35,710 nucleotides of DNA from Octopus bimaculoides (GCF_001194135.2 NC_068984.1:63275482-63311191); one strand, 5' to 3'; counted from the first letter of the stretch, positions 11,453 to 24,081 are shown. The notes: generated from the sequence alone by a model not told the origin. Program-made: numbers and translations.

Positions 11453-12164
11453 TTGAACTTATCTTTTTCCCATTTCATATTTTCACATCAAACCTGACTG
11501 GAGAAGAAAGTATGAGTAGACTATTTTACGCTAGTATATCTTTTTTCCTTTTTATTTTATCGTCATCAGAGAATAAACTTTGGTCAAAAACACATTAGTA
11601 GAAAGATTAAAACATTCGGAAATATTTTAAAATGTGCCAGAGAAACGTGTTAGAAACTATTACAAATTAACCGTGAGATGAGAATCGGCTGCCTTTTAAA
11701 AAACATTTTTGAAAATTTTTAATGTTTTCATCAGAATTAAGCGATATGGAAGATATTTTTCATTATCATGAAATAAAGTTTCTCATTTAACAAAGAAAAA
11801 AACATCGGTAATATACTTCAAGTGTATCTACTGGTTATATCATAATTAACTGAGGTTAACTGCGTAAATATCTGTCAAGTACTAGCATCCATTCAATTGT
11901 TCTGGTCGTGTGCCTTAGTCAAAAACAGTTACTAGATCAACATTAGGTAGTAAGAATAGGAAACGAAAAATAACCTGTGGTACTGAGTTATTTTCTTTAT
12001 GCATCTGCCGTCCAACTGTTTCATAATGAATTATACTCATCGTCATTTATAACACAAGCATCAATAAAAGTGTTTGACACAGCAAGTCAACTATATTTTA
12101 CGTATAAAATCTGAGGCATGGTACAATATTATAAAAAAAAGATTATTTTTACTCTTACCGATAG

Positions 12165-12290
12165 AGAAGAGGAAACATTAAATTCTGTATTCGAAGTTGG
12201 TTTCTCCACAACCATTCACAAAATTGCCATAGCGATACTTGAATGTTCCATATTGACGGCATTGTTTATCATCACTTTATATATACTTAC
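12165..12290 (+). CDS. Candidate internal exon with TM-like segment
   Basis: Acceptor ttttactcttaccgatag, donor gtaggt, frame EEETLNSVFEVGFSTTIHKIAIAILECSILTALFIITLYIL (phase 2 to 2). No recognised homology. Confidence 0.2.
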
Positions 12291-13194
12291 GTAGGTGATA
12301 TAGACACACATATGTATAGCGAAAATTTAGATAAACAGATATATTGTGAAAGTATCTTTCATGTGGTTTTCAGTAACTGAAAAATATTTTGCCAAACGAG
12401 ATGCAGTCAAGTAATTTTCAGTGTGCTTATACATTTAAGACATAAAAGGTGTTGTGGAAGGTATAGTGAATCGTTATTCAATCTTCCTGTCTGGAATATG
12501 TATAATATAACCAAGACGAGGATCCCACAATTAATACATTTGAATCTGCTTCTATCTTCAAATCATATTGAAATGTTTAATTTGTATAAGATGCTGTTGA
12601 TTTGATGCTCGGATAACTATTATGTAAATTGATGTTTCTATTGTGCGAAAGAATGTCAAATGTGTTCTCACTTGTAAAGGAATTTTAACTTTTTTTGTTG
12701 AATGATGAAAATATTAATATTTGGATTATCTTCGATGTATTACGATTAATACTGGATATAATGAGTGTTTTATATTTGTGACGGATATTTCTTTACTCGC
12801 ATTTGCCTCTATTTTCTTATTTAAAAGACAAATAAACAGAGATGGTCTGATAATATAGCTGAAAATATATTTCATTTAAAAATAATTTGTCCTTATCATT
12901 TTCATACCAAAATAAGTTATTTTAAAATAGGAAAGATTAATTTTTGATGTTTATTTGGATACGCATATTTTCTTCTATAAAAACAGTTGATCTTAAAATG
13001 AATTGAAATAATATTTCATTTGAAAATAATTTGTTCTTTTAATTTTAAAATAACCATAGGATATTTTAAAACAAAGTTAGTTAGTCGATATGAAATGCCA
13101 TTGTATTTAATATGTTTTTCCACGAATGTGTATTTGTACAAAAATGTTTCGACAAAATTATTTTCGAACAAAATGCCGGCTACGAATGTGCACG

Positions 13195-13239
13195 CACCCG
13201 CCGCACGCAGGCACGCAGACACGCAGACACGCGCACACG

Positions 13240-13272
<33 letters not shown>

Positions 13273-13283
13273 ATATATATATA
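13195..13283. repeat. (CACG)-like/(CA)n/(TA)n compound microsatellite
   Basis: Direct reading. Confidence 0.85.
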
Positions 13284-16200
13284 CTCAGGTAAATGTATGC
13301 ATGGTTTGGTTTAGGATTGCCAGTGCAAAATGGTATAATATCTTACGCTGATCTATAACTGCAGGGCATCTTGGCCGTGCAAGAAAGTTCGATAAAGATT
13401 GTAATATGCACTTTGGCGGAGATGACAAACTAAAATGGAAGGTGGTACTTACCACGATCTCAGTCTATCCCTGAAATTATTAAAAGTATACGTGTAGCGT
13501 ATTAACATCATCATCGGGAAAATTCGTCACATTCCTGTCAATATATGAAACTTCATTTAATTGACTTTCGATGATGACTTCGGGGTTGTGGTCGTAACAG
13601 CAGTTATTGTGTTTGTATAGAAAGAAATGTGCTGGAATAACTAGATTTTCTCAATAGCAGCTAAATATATTTAATCAAAGATGAATGAAATCAAAACTGA
13701 TATTAATTAGCAGCATTAGAAATTATACCATTAATGATCTCAAAAATTAATATTTCAGAGCATACAAGAGAAACAGCAATCCCTTATTCACGACAATGAT
13801 GGAAAAATAACAGCGTTTCTCCGTACGCGATAGTGATACAAACTTCTTTTGATTTTGCACTTGTATTTTTTAAAACCATTAATTTAAATCAGGATATTGT
13901 TTGCAAATTGTTTTGAGTTTATCCCTTTGTCAAATGTATTTTGCCTCTTTTTATAAAAATAAGGATCTGTCAAGAAGTGCATGACCTTCTTCTAGTTGAT
14001 CAAGTGCAACCGATTGCAAATTCTGGCAATATAAATACATTTTCCGCCATTTACAAGTGTGCTTCTTCCCTTGTATGTTTCGTTGCTTTTTACTTTTCTT
14101 TATATCATATTTGTTTCCATGGGCTTTCAATATTCTTGATTCATTTTCAGGTAAAAAAAGAATCTGTTCAGATAAATATTGACAAGACTTTTGTAATGAC
14201 ACATCCTGCGCATGAATATCTGTCATGAATATGTATTACGTCAATTCTGAAGCCATTCATGTAGCATCAATAATGCAAATGAAACAAAAGAGTGTGCTTG
14301 AAGTAAGCAATATGAATCTTTCCGTAAAGTTACCTACGAAAACTAAAATATGCATATGAAAAGGAAGCAATCACTTTTGTTTTTGGCATGTTATTAATAT
14401 TTTCTTCCTCTTAACGTATTTATTTGAAGCCATCTTCTATTGTTCCATCACTCGTATATCTCGGTAAAAATTTCGAATAATTTGTATCTAAGTAAAGCGG
14501 AAAGAGTTTTCAACAATGTCGGATATCTTTGTATAAATGTCATGGCAAATAATGGTTCGAATAAACATCTGATACATAGTTTAGACAATACTGCCTCTTT
14601 TTTGTTATCTAGGATCTCAGGTTGAGGACGCATATGCATTTTGAACACATCATTAATTTTATGCAAATGGATACTTAACAAGTATTCATTTTACTCACAA
14701 AAGAATTACACATCAACATAAAAATGTTATTAGATTATTACTATTGTATCCTGAATTATTGTCTTTTAATGTAATTTTAGGCACGTGGTTCTTAAATCGT
14801 TTCAAGACATCACTTTATTAATGATATTACCGGAAGTAGATGCATACGTATTATGCAGGCGATACCATACTATAATTTAGTGCGTGAACTGAATGATACA
14901 GTACGAATTCAGAATTAAGAAAATAATTCCATGTCTGAAAAGCAAGTTTGGAGCATTAATTATATTACATCAATTATATTACATCAATCTGTTAAGCAGT
15001 AAGGAATTGGTATACTGAGGGGCATCTTTGGAAATGAAGCTTAGTTCTAGATTGTTATGATTACATTCCTGATGTAGTCTGCCACTAAGCAACCGAGTTA
15101 ATTACCACGTATTCAGGTTCTTACATAGCATATAATCATTTACTAAATATCTTCAAAAGAAATATAGATAATTCTTATTCTTATTAATGTATCTCTCAAA
15201 CAGTTTGCGGAGCTTAATCGAAAAATATGTAGTAATAATGAAGATCTTAGTCACTAGCTCCGTATGGTGGACCTACTGTTCGTTACGTTTCAGCCATGAC
15301 CATATCGAATTGTTTAATATCTAAGACTGTAATATGCTAAATTCCTTTCTTTTCATAAAATTGTAAACATTGATTTGACTCATGTAATAGATCGAACCAT
15401 CAGGTAGAAGATCTGATATTGGCTTGTAATGATTCATTCGGCCTTGCAGAGTGCTGTTGCCTGATAAAAGCAAAAATCTCACAGCTGAAACGATTTATGA
15501 ATTCTTTTCTAGCTTTATATTTAACATAGATCTTCCAAGAATATTAAAGGTTTTATCGCTGTTTATGTTGTTACAAAATATATTTTAAGATTAAAAACAG
15601 TTGATTGACGTAATTATTTCATCACTCATTTCTTCACAAACTCGCTGCTAAGTAATTACCAGGATATTTTGATTATTAGTTAAAAATTCATATACACTCG
15701 AAGTCAACGAGAGTTTAGCGACGCGTGAAAAGTTTGGCTGGAAAAGATAATACTGAATTCAGTTTTCTCTCCGAAACTGCTTTTAACCGCCGGCATTCCA
15801 GCGCCAGTGATATTAGATACCGTGATACATAAGAAATCCTCTAGTTATCTTTAAAATTCTTTGTAAGCACAATTGTAACATTCTGTTACTCAATATATTT
15901 GAAAGAAATACTTTGCATATCATTTTAACGGACTAGTGCTTGGTCCGTTAAAATGTTATATACATTTAGTTTACTATAAAATTAAAAAAAGACACTAATT
16001 AGTTGACTAATTAAGGAAAATTGCTAAAACCAATTAAAGCAAAGGAAATTTTGTAGTTTTGAAATCGCGGAGATTTCGAACAGGTTACGAGATAGGGTCC
16101 ATTTCATATCGTATAAATAACATAATTTAGATTGAATGGCTTCAACTGAAATTAAGACTGTTCTGCTTTCTGTCCGCTGTCATTTCCTACTATACGATTT

Positions 16201-17157
16201 TAATTTTCTTGAGTAATCTAATTATACTACTCGTAAATATAAGGTTTCTCTTTGCGAAGAGGACCTGTTATTAGAAGGTGCTGGAGGGATGTAACATTGT
16301 GCCGTCCATAAAGTAACGAGGAATCTCATGAGGACAATGCCCGCGCTACTCAACATTGAAAATAAACTTCCTTTAATAAAGCACAAAGTATATCGTAGAA
16401 AATAGAAATTGTTATTGATTAAACGGCCGTGAAGTTGACGCTGTCTAACTCACAGGTCAGGTCTGATCGAGCAGACAAATGATAGATGGTGTACCTCTAG
16501 ATGTTTACTGTATATTCTCAAATATAGAGTGCAGCTAGGAATTTATTGTCAAATGTATCCTTCGTGATTTAAGAGAATGGGTGAAAGTTTACGAAAATTT
16601 TGCTGCTATTTCTAGAAGTTGAAGCCAGCGAATACGAGCTCTCTTGTATTTGTTTACTCGACCCAGAAGACAGAAGACAAAATCTACGTAGGGTATGAAA
16701 TCAGCAGTGGGAAAACGGACTAAATATGAGAAATACTCACATTGTATAGTTATTTCTGTATGATCGCAAGTTTCTGTCTCCCATTATGAAAATGATGTAT
16801 GGAACAAAATTGAACGACAATACTTTAAATAAAATAACTCCAAAATAAACATCTTTCCTGTCATTGCACATGTTATAAATTTACAGGTTTTTAAATCATT
16901 AAAACATGCTAAGTTACATTATGGATGTGCTAATGGGAAAAGGTTGTATATCTTCGAAACGGTTAATCAATTATACATAACTCTGTGCTTTAGGAAACAA
17001 GAATATTACTAAAAATAATAAACAAAATTCGAAACGTGCGTCTTTAGATGCCAACAGTGAAATGAAGCTAATATCACCAACCTGGTCACGAGTTGCCGTC
17101 GACCAAATCTTTCACTGTACAGTCACCCGGATATAATGACTTTTACGCATGTGCATG

Positions 17158-17349
17158 AAAGAGAGAGAGAGAGAATGAGAGAGAGTGTGTGTATGAGAAT
17201 GAGAGCGATAGAGATAGAGAGCAAATATGTATAAGTAATTGTAAGAGTGTGTCTGTGATAATGAGTCAAAGTAGGTAAGATGCATATTTTCTCTTAACTG
17301 CAGCACATGATATATATATATACATACACACACACACACACACACACAT

Positions 17350-17384
<35 letters not shown>

Positions 17385-17600
17385 TACACCTATATATATA
17401 TATATATATACATANNNNNNNNNNNNNNNNNNNNNNNNNNNNNNNNNNNNNNNNNNNNNNNNNNNNNNNNNNNNNNNNNNNNNNNNNNNNNNNNNNNNNN
17501 NNNNNNNNNNNNNNNNNNNNNNNNNNNNNNNNNNNNNNNNNNNNNNNNNNNNNNNNNNNNNNNTATATATATATATATATATATATACATACATATATAT
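17158..17600. repeat. (GA)n, (CA)n and (TA)n microsatellites with an N gap at 17415-17563
   Basis: Direct reading. Confidence 0.85.
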
Positions 17601-17781
17601 AACATAGAAGTATGGTAATGATTTAAGCAAATTCACAGAGGTATTAATGAAAGCTGAAATGTCACATTGATTCTGATTTTACTGTTGTTCTTGTCGTCAC
17701 GTAATATTATGCTTCTTCACAATAAAAGAAATTTAAGCAAATCATGGAAAAATATCATTAAATAAATGCGTAAACAAATAC

Positions 17782-17899
17782 ATATATTCATATATTGCAT
17801 TCTTTTGTGGAAGCCTTCTAGGCAGTTCTGACAACTTCATTTCCATCATCTGTTTAGGATATATTTTGATAATATTCCTATAGTATTTTACTCTATAAC
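17782..17899 (-). CDS. Candidate internal exon, host gene unknown
   Basis: Strong acceptor tcgatttctcccgcag, weak donor gtattt, frame YRVKYYRNIIKIYPKQMMEMKLSELPRRLPQKNAIYEY (phase 1 to 2). Confidence 0.25.
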
Positions 17900-17992
17900 C
17901 TGCGGGAGAAATCGACTGAGATTAGAAAGATGTACTGCGTCAAAGATAACAAACCAAGCTACATACTATTTTCTGCCTCATTCTTCATAATA

Positions 17993-18100
17993 ATGATGAT
18001 GATGATGATGATGATGATGACGATGATGATGACGATGATGGTGATGGTGGTGGTAGTGGCGTTAGTGGTTGTGTTGGTGATGATGATGATGATGAATGAT
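17993..18100. repeat. (ATG)n/(GTG)n trinucleotide repeat
   Basis: Direct reading. Confidence 0.9.
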
Positions 18101-18718
18101 GACAAAAATATGCCTGTATTTCTTTTGCTTTTCTATCATCATATCGAATGTATGTTATGGAATATTCGTTTTTTTTTTCCTTCCTTTTTGAAGGGCATAA
18201 AGTCAGAGATTTTGCAAGAGAAATGTATGAAGTTTGCGTTTTATATTTATGCATTTCTTCGTAACACAAGCAGCATCAGTGAACTGAATTCACCTCAAAG
18301 TGGAATTTGAAATATTTTCTTGGATCGGGATCATTAAGTTCTTACCATTTCTTAAAGCGAATATTGCAGACGTCAAATTTAATGCAACGACGCAATATAT
18401 TCGGAGAAATAGTACATATTGTATTGATATGAAATGCATAGATATATGATATTATACCTTTCTAAAGGATACCGTACATTCCATAAGGTTATAGAAATGC
18501 TAAAAAAATACGCGCCTATTATATATAAATTATTTTTAACCTTTGTATACAGTTTTTGTCCCTTCCTTTTTATTGTATTCAGTGTATATTTACACGTTTT
18601 AATCATTTTACTTTTTTATAATTATTTTATCATTTCATTCTATGTAAACCCCAGCACTTTATGTCTATCTTTGTATTATCCCCTTCATCCTTCGCTCGGG
18701 TGGTAAATAAATGAAATC

Positions 18719-18734
18719 GTTATTATTATTATTA

Positions 18735-18800
<66 letters not shown>
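18719..18800. repeat. (TTA)n microsatellite
   Basis: Direct reading. Confidence 0.95.
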
Positions 18801-18801
<1 letters not shown>

Positions 18802-18802
18802 G

Positions 18803-18932
18803 TGCGTGAGCTGGCAGAGTCGTTAGCACGCTGGACAAAATGCTTAGCGGTATATCACCCGTCGCTACGTACTGAGTTCCAATTCTGCAAATGTCGACTT
18901 TACCTTTCATCCGTTCGAGGTCGATAAATTAA
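18803..18932 (+). mobile_element. OK-type SINE, runs into the N gap at 18933-19172
   Basis: GCGTGAGCTGGCAGAGTCGTTAGCACGCTGGACAAAATGCTTAGCGGTAT...GAGTTCCAATTCT...GTCGATAAATTAA. Confidence 0.85.
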
Positions 18933-19330
18933 NNNNNNNNNNNNNNNNNNNNNNNNNNNNNNNNNNNNNNNNNNNNNNNNNNNNNNNNNNNNNNNNNNNN
19001 NNNNNNNNNNNNNNNNNNNNNNNNNNNNNNNNNNNNNNNNNNNNNNNNNNNNNNNNNNNNNNNNNNNNNNNNNNNNNNNNNNNNNNNNNNNNNNNNNNNN
19101 NNNNNNNNNNNNNNNNNNNNNNNNNNNNNNNNNNNNNNNNNNNNNNNNNNNNNNNNNNNNNNNNNNNNNNNNAAACCAAAAACTACATGTTTGTAAAAAT
19201 GAAAATTTAAATTACATATACATGCCAAATTTTGATGGTGTCTGCGCTTTTCAGTATATTATTCTTGAATACAATACAGGTAGAAAGAGACGTTGAAAGA
19301 AGGGGAGATAATAAAGTATTGGTAATCCCA

Positions 19331-19334
<4 letters not shown>

Positions 19335-19375
<41 letters not shown>

Positions 19376-19392
19376 TGTAAATGTGTGTGTGT
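19335..19392. repeat. (TG)n microsatellite
   Basis: Direct reading. Confidence 0.9.
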
Positions 19393-19394
19393 GG

Positions 19395-20545
19395 ATAGAG
19401 GCTAGTGGTTTTGAAGTCTGTCGATGTGTGCATGTGTAGGTGTGTGCGTCTGTAATGTGTGGGTGTGCAGATGATGGTTTCTGGTGTGGGTGCTGGGAAG
19501 TGGTCAGTGTATGTGGAGTGATGTCGGGTAGTGTGGTGTTGTCGAGGTAGGACTGTGGGTGGCGGTAGGGGTGGCTTGTGTGAGAGTGGGGTGGATGGGG
19601 TATTCACCAGTGAAGATAGAAGAATACTTACTGTTCACGGCGAAGGCGGGAGTCAAGATGGTCCTTGTTCAAAGACAATCCGAACACTGACAGGTGTTGT
19701 AGTGAATGACCGGTAGAGCAGAATTGATGCGAGACCTGGGTGTTATTGCCGAGTTTGATGTCTCGAGGTGCTCCGCGAACCGGTCAGCCAAGTGGTGTCC
19801 CGTTTGACTGATGTACAGAGACGGGCAAAAAAAGCAGGAGATGCAGTAAATGACGTTGCTAGAAGGACAGGTAAAAGAGTCGTTTATATGATAGAGACGA
19901 TGATGGGTGTCTGTGAGGGTGGTGGTGGTGGAGAGGTATGGGTAAGTGCAACAGCGTGGGCGGGAGCAGGGGAACGAGTCAGGTTGAGAGGTGGAGTTAC
20001 GGAAGAAATGTGGACCAGGAGGTCACACAGATTGTGGGCTCGTTTGAAGGAGGTGAGGGGTAGGTTAGAGAAGATGTGTGAGGTGGAGGGGTTGGACTGG
20101 AATCAGCGGAAGGCTCGGAGAATGGTGTGTTGGAGAAAGGTGGAAGGGTGGTAGGTGAAAGGAAATGGGAGACGGGCAACGGCAGGACTGGTGCAGGGAG
20201 TAAGAGCACAGGCACGGTCTACAGAACGTGCTCTGGCAATGGATAGTGGCGAGGGGATATCCACGAAGGGTGAAGTGGCGAGCCATGAGTTGAGACTTAG
20301 TCTCAAAATCATGGTTTTCAATGCAGAGCCTGCGCAGACGGAGTAATTGGGAGTAGGGAATGGAGATCTTGGTGTGGGTAAGATGGGAGGAGGAGAAGTT
20401 AAGGTATGAGTGTGAGTCAGTGGGCTTGTAATGGATTGAGGTAGTGAGAGTAGAGTGGTGTTTGTTGACTGAAATGTCGAGTAATGTGACGGATGTGTTG
20501 GAAATAGTGCAAGAGAATTCTGCGAATATGTCAGTTATATTGATT
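19395..20545 (-). mobile_element. Penelope-like element, 5'-truncated: RT C-terminus plus GIY-YIG endonuclease, decayed
   Basis: Minus-strand translation LLDISV..TTSIHYKPTDSHSYLNFSSSH..SIPYSQLLRLRRLC..FTLRGYP, then DSFTCPSSNVIYCISCFFCPSLYISQTGHHLADRFAEHL (VIY..LYIxQT), typical of PLE ORFs. Confidence 0.9.
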
Positions 20546-20625
20546 CATAAGGTATATTCAATTATTAAATTATAGTAACTGAAGCGGTACTGATTCAAAA
20601 TAAGATTCTGTATATCTAACTTAAC

Positions 20626-20697
20626 GTGGATACGCTGCAGAAATTCCCGAAACTGGGATATTCGTTTCTAGAATGCATCCAGTATAGACGTATAGTA
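20626..20697 (-). CDS. Candidate internal exon
   Basis: Acceptor tctgtgtttttag, weak donor gttaag, frame LYVYTGCILETNIPVSGISAAYP (phase 1 to 1). Confidence 0.2.
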
Positions 20698-21425
20698 CTA
20701 AAAACACAGATGTATATAAGTAGCAGACAAAACGCGTCAAGCAGCGGCGGTAGAATAGCAACATTAAATTTCTGTGTATATGCGTGTCATCGGTAGCAAC
20801 CATCTACTCAATTACAAATAAAATAATTAGCATTTGATAAAGTTTGATAAATTTCAGTTCTAATCTGATTTTAATTCAAATGTTAAAACTTGCCTGAAAT
20901 ATCATGTTCGAACCTTATAATCAAATATCTATTTCGCGATGATCTCATCACAATCTTCCCTATATGATCACTTCTAATTACAAACTACCCTCTCTCGAAA
21001 TTAGTGACATACCTGTTTTGACAGAGTTGCTTAATAATCAGCAAATCTTCAAATACTTAATTCAAATATCTAATACTTCCAATGGCTTTTAAAAACATTT
21101 TAATATAAAAACTATCATTTGAAATGCATTAGTTTACTTTAGTTCTAAAAATTATCTCTAGAATGTGAAATTTAGAAACTAAAGTTTCCTTTAATTATTT
21201 ACCTACTTTAATATAATCTGCCTTATATTTTGAAAAGCTGAGATTTTCCTTATGGCTATTGTTGGCAGTAAAATCCGTCTACGAGATAAGTTGTGCGCAC
21301 TAAACGTATACGCACAACGCAAATGCAATGTCTCTGGAATCTAGCTTGCATAGATAATGTACTGGGGTCAATGATTGCAATTATCCTCCCAGAAATTGCT
21401 GGCCTTGTATCAAAATGTTAAACCA

Positions 21426-21485
21426 TTATTATTGCTGTTGTTGCTGTTGTTGCTGTTGTTGTTGTTGCTGCTGTTGTTGTTATTA
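21426..21485. repeat. (TTG/CTG/TTA)n trinucleotide repeat
   Basis: Direct reading. Confidence 0.9.
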
Positions 21486-21490
21486 GGTAT

Positions 21491-21700
21491 CAAGCTGCCA
21501 GAATCGTTTGTATACCAGGCAAAATGCTTAGCGGCATTTCGTCCATCTTTACGATCTAAGTTCCAATTCCACCGAGGTGGACTTAGCGTTTCATTCTTTC
21601 GGGTCGATAACATAAGTACCAGTTGAACAGTGGAGTCGATGTAATCGATTCATCCCTACCTCTCCCAAGCTGCCCTTGTGGGAAATATTTGAAATCATTT
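21491..21700 (+). mobile_element. OK-type SINE copy 1 of a tandem trio
   Basis: AAGCTGCCAGAATCGTT...AAAATGCTTAGCGGCATTTCG...GGGTCGATAACATAAGTACCAGTTG... Confidence 0.85.
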
Positions 21701-21708
21701 TTATAGAA

Positions 21709-21927
21709 GGCAGCGAGCTGGCAAAATCATTTGCACGCTGGACAGTACGCTTAGCGGTATTTCACTCGTCACTACGTTCAGATTTCAAATCCTACGGAGG
21801 TCGACTATGCTTTCCATCTTTTCGGGTCGATAAAGTAAGTACCAGTGAAACACTAGGGTCGATATAATCGACTAGTCCACTCCTCAAAATTTTAGACCTT
21901 GTGCCCTTAGTAGAAAGGATTATTATT
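21709..21927 (+). mobile_element. OK-type SINE copy 2 (full length)
   Basis: GGCAGCGAGCTGGCAAAATC...GTCGATAAAGTAAGTACCAGT...CCTTGTGCCCTTAGTAGAAAGGATTATTATT. Confidence 0.9.
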
Positions 21928-21941
21928 TTTGCTGTTAAGAA

Positions 21942-22070
21942 GGCGGGCTGGCAGAATTGCCGAGGTGTTGATAAATTAAGTACCAGTTGCGTCCTGGGGT
22001 AGATATAATCGACTGGCCCCATCCCCCAAAATTTAAGGCCTTGTGCCTATAGTAGAAAAGGATTATTATT
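21942..22070 (+). mobile_element. OK-type SINE copy 3 (internally deleted)
   Basis: GGCGGGCTGGCAGAATT joined to GCCGAGGT and GATAAATTAAGTACCAGTTG...CCTTGTGCCTATAGTAGAAAAGGATTATTATT. Confidence 0.85.
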
Positions 22071-23482
22071 GTTTTGGTATTCGTCTATCGACACGGAAAG
22101 AGCATCGCTCCCATAATTCTGTTGTTATTTACTTTGTGTAACAAAGTAATATGTTGTACATTCGTGATCGTTATAAAAATAAACTAATGAGAACGTTAGG
22201 GAACTGGTTACATTTTCTCCATCGGTTGTTCTTGAGGGCTAAATTATGGCTTGTTTAGTAAATGCCCCTCATTTTTGTTTAAAACATGTAGATGACGAAC
22301 AATCATATCTTGATAATTTCTTGAGAATTTCTTGAGAATTTGTAATGGCGCCCTGGAAGTCACCTCGCCAACCATCACCAAAATATGTAGCAGACCAGCT
22401 GGTCTAAACAATTCCTTCTGCTCCAAAATAAAATACTGGAACATTGCGGTTTCTGCTACGTTTGACTTCTTTTTATAAGGAAACGCCTATACCTTGAGGG
22501 AGGATAAAAAAATAATGTGTTCATAACTTTCATGAGGTTGTATTAGTAAAAATAGGGGAAATAATATAAACTCAACTGAGTATTGAAACGTCTCCGTTTT
22601 ATCAGTATTTCTTCAGTTTTCACGTCTTTACCACATTGTTATATAAACTACCAAACCGTAATAAAACTGATACCCGGTAAAGAAAACGAAAATTTAAGGT
22701 TTGCTTTCTTCTTCTGAATGCTCCTGCCTGCAGAACTGTTACTTCATCAGTTGGCCATTTCATTGGGTTTTAGGATTAATGGATTTGGCAAATAATGTAA
22801 AACATATAATAGTACCTCTGATAGACAGACTGGAAGAATTCTGTCAACGAATTTAAAAAGAAAATTGCAAGGAAAACGCTATCTACAGTTCATTTAGCAT
22901 CTGAAGAATTAAAGTAATCAACTATTATTAGCTATAAATTCATTGCAAGACTTGATGCCGTTATATTACAAGAATTGTCTTGACATGTATAGGTTGAAGA
23001 TATAAATCATATATTCCTTTACTGGAGTGGTTTACCCTCTGTATTTTATTCTGCGAACATCATAATCGTCAATCAAGTGTAAGACAGGGAAAGAAAGAAA
23101 AATAAATAGTACAAAAGATAACACGAAATATATCTCCCTTAAACGATTTTATTTCTTTATGAAATATACAATCGCTTTACATCAATTCTTCGGACATAAA
23201 GCACAGTAATATGTGTGCTGTGTGTTCCGGAATAAAAGAACATAAATAGATAGATTATTGATAGAAAATATCCGGTATACTCGTATAACTTGACAGAGCT
23301 TACAATAAAAACAGGATTCAAGAGGCTTTTAGATAACATTTCCTCGTAAATCTAATGTTCATTGAAAGAATTGAAGCAATGTAAATTCGTCACACACAAT
23401 CCAAACCATATTGGCAAGGGTTAAGAAAAACAATTGAATTCGGAATATGGATGAATAATTTTCTTCCATAAATATTACTTAC

Positions 23483-23592
23483 TTTGACAACAGCAACTTT
23501 TATCAAGCTTCGTCTTCGAACATATCCATCTACCGAACATGTGCCATGCTGTGTCAATGTAATAATCCGAACTGTCACTCTTAACCGAAATG
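23483..23592 (-). CDS. Candidate internal exon (best splice signals in the window)
   Basis: Long polypyrimidine tract ending ttcatag, donor gtaagt, 110 bp. Two frames are open: ISVKSDSSDYYIDTAWHMFGRWICSKTKLDKSCCCQ (2 to 1) or FRLRVTVRIITLTQHGTCSVDGYVRRRSLIKVAVVK (1 to 0). Confidence 0.4.
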
Positions 23593-23860
23593 CTATGAAA
23601 TTCAGATGAGGATAAAGAAACAATGAATATGAAAGAGAGAGATAAAGCGAGGGAGATGTACAATGTTGTTGTGCCATATCTATTATTTTGACATATTCTT
23701 TAGATTTCACTATTTCAAGCTTCTCATCAACTGACTCAAATGTTATCTACAAATATTTAAACGGAACAACGTCTATATATTGTGAAGAGGAAATTTTCAG
23801 TTAAACATATATTTCAGGAACTAATAGCAAAAAATATTTTTGATATTGATCCATACTGAG

Positions 23861-24017
<157 letters not shown>

Positions 24018-24081
24018 GGAATAATAGCGCCAGCCTTGACAACAGCTGGACGTGTTCTTCGCTGCTCTAACCAGTCAGCAG
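24018..24081 (-). CDS. Candidate internal exon
   Basis: GC-richer island, acceptor ttagtgtttctgtctgcag, donor gtatta, single open frame ADWLEQRRTRPAVVKAGAII (phase 1 to 2). Confidence 0.3.

Noticed and set aside
17930-18310. Poly-Met/Val ORF; also the poly-Asn, poly-Ile, poly-Tyr and poly-Leu ORFs at 18665, 21375, 23821 and 32633
   Set aside because: Frames held open by trinucleotide microsatellites.
19768-20154. 128 aa plus-strand ORF
   Set aside because: Antisense to the Penelope ORF; the G-rich skew suppresses stop codons.
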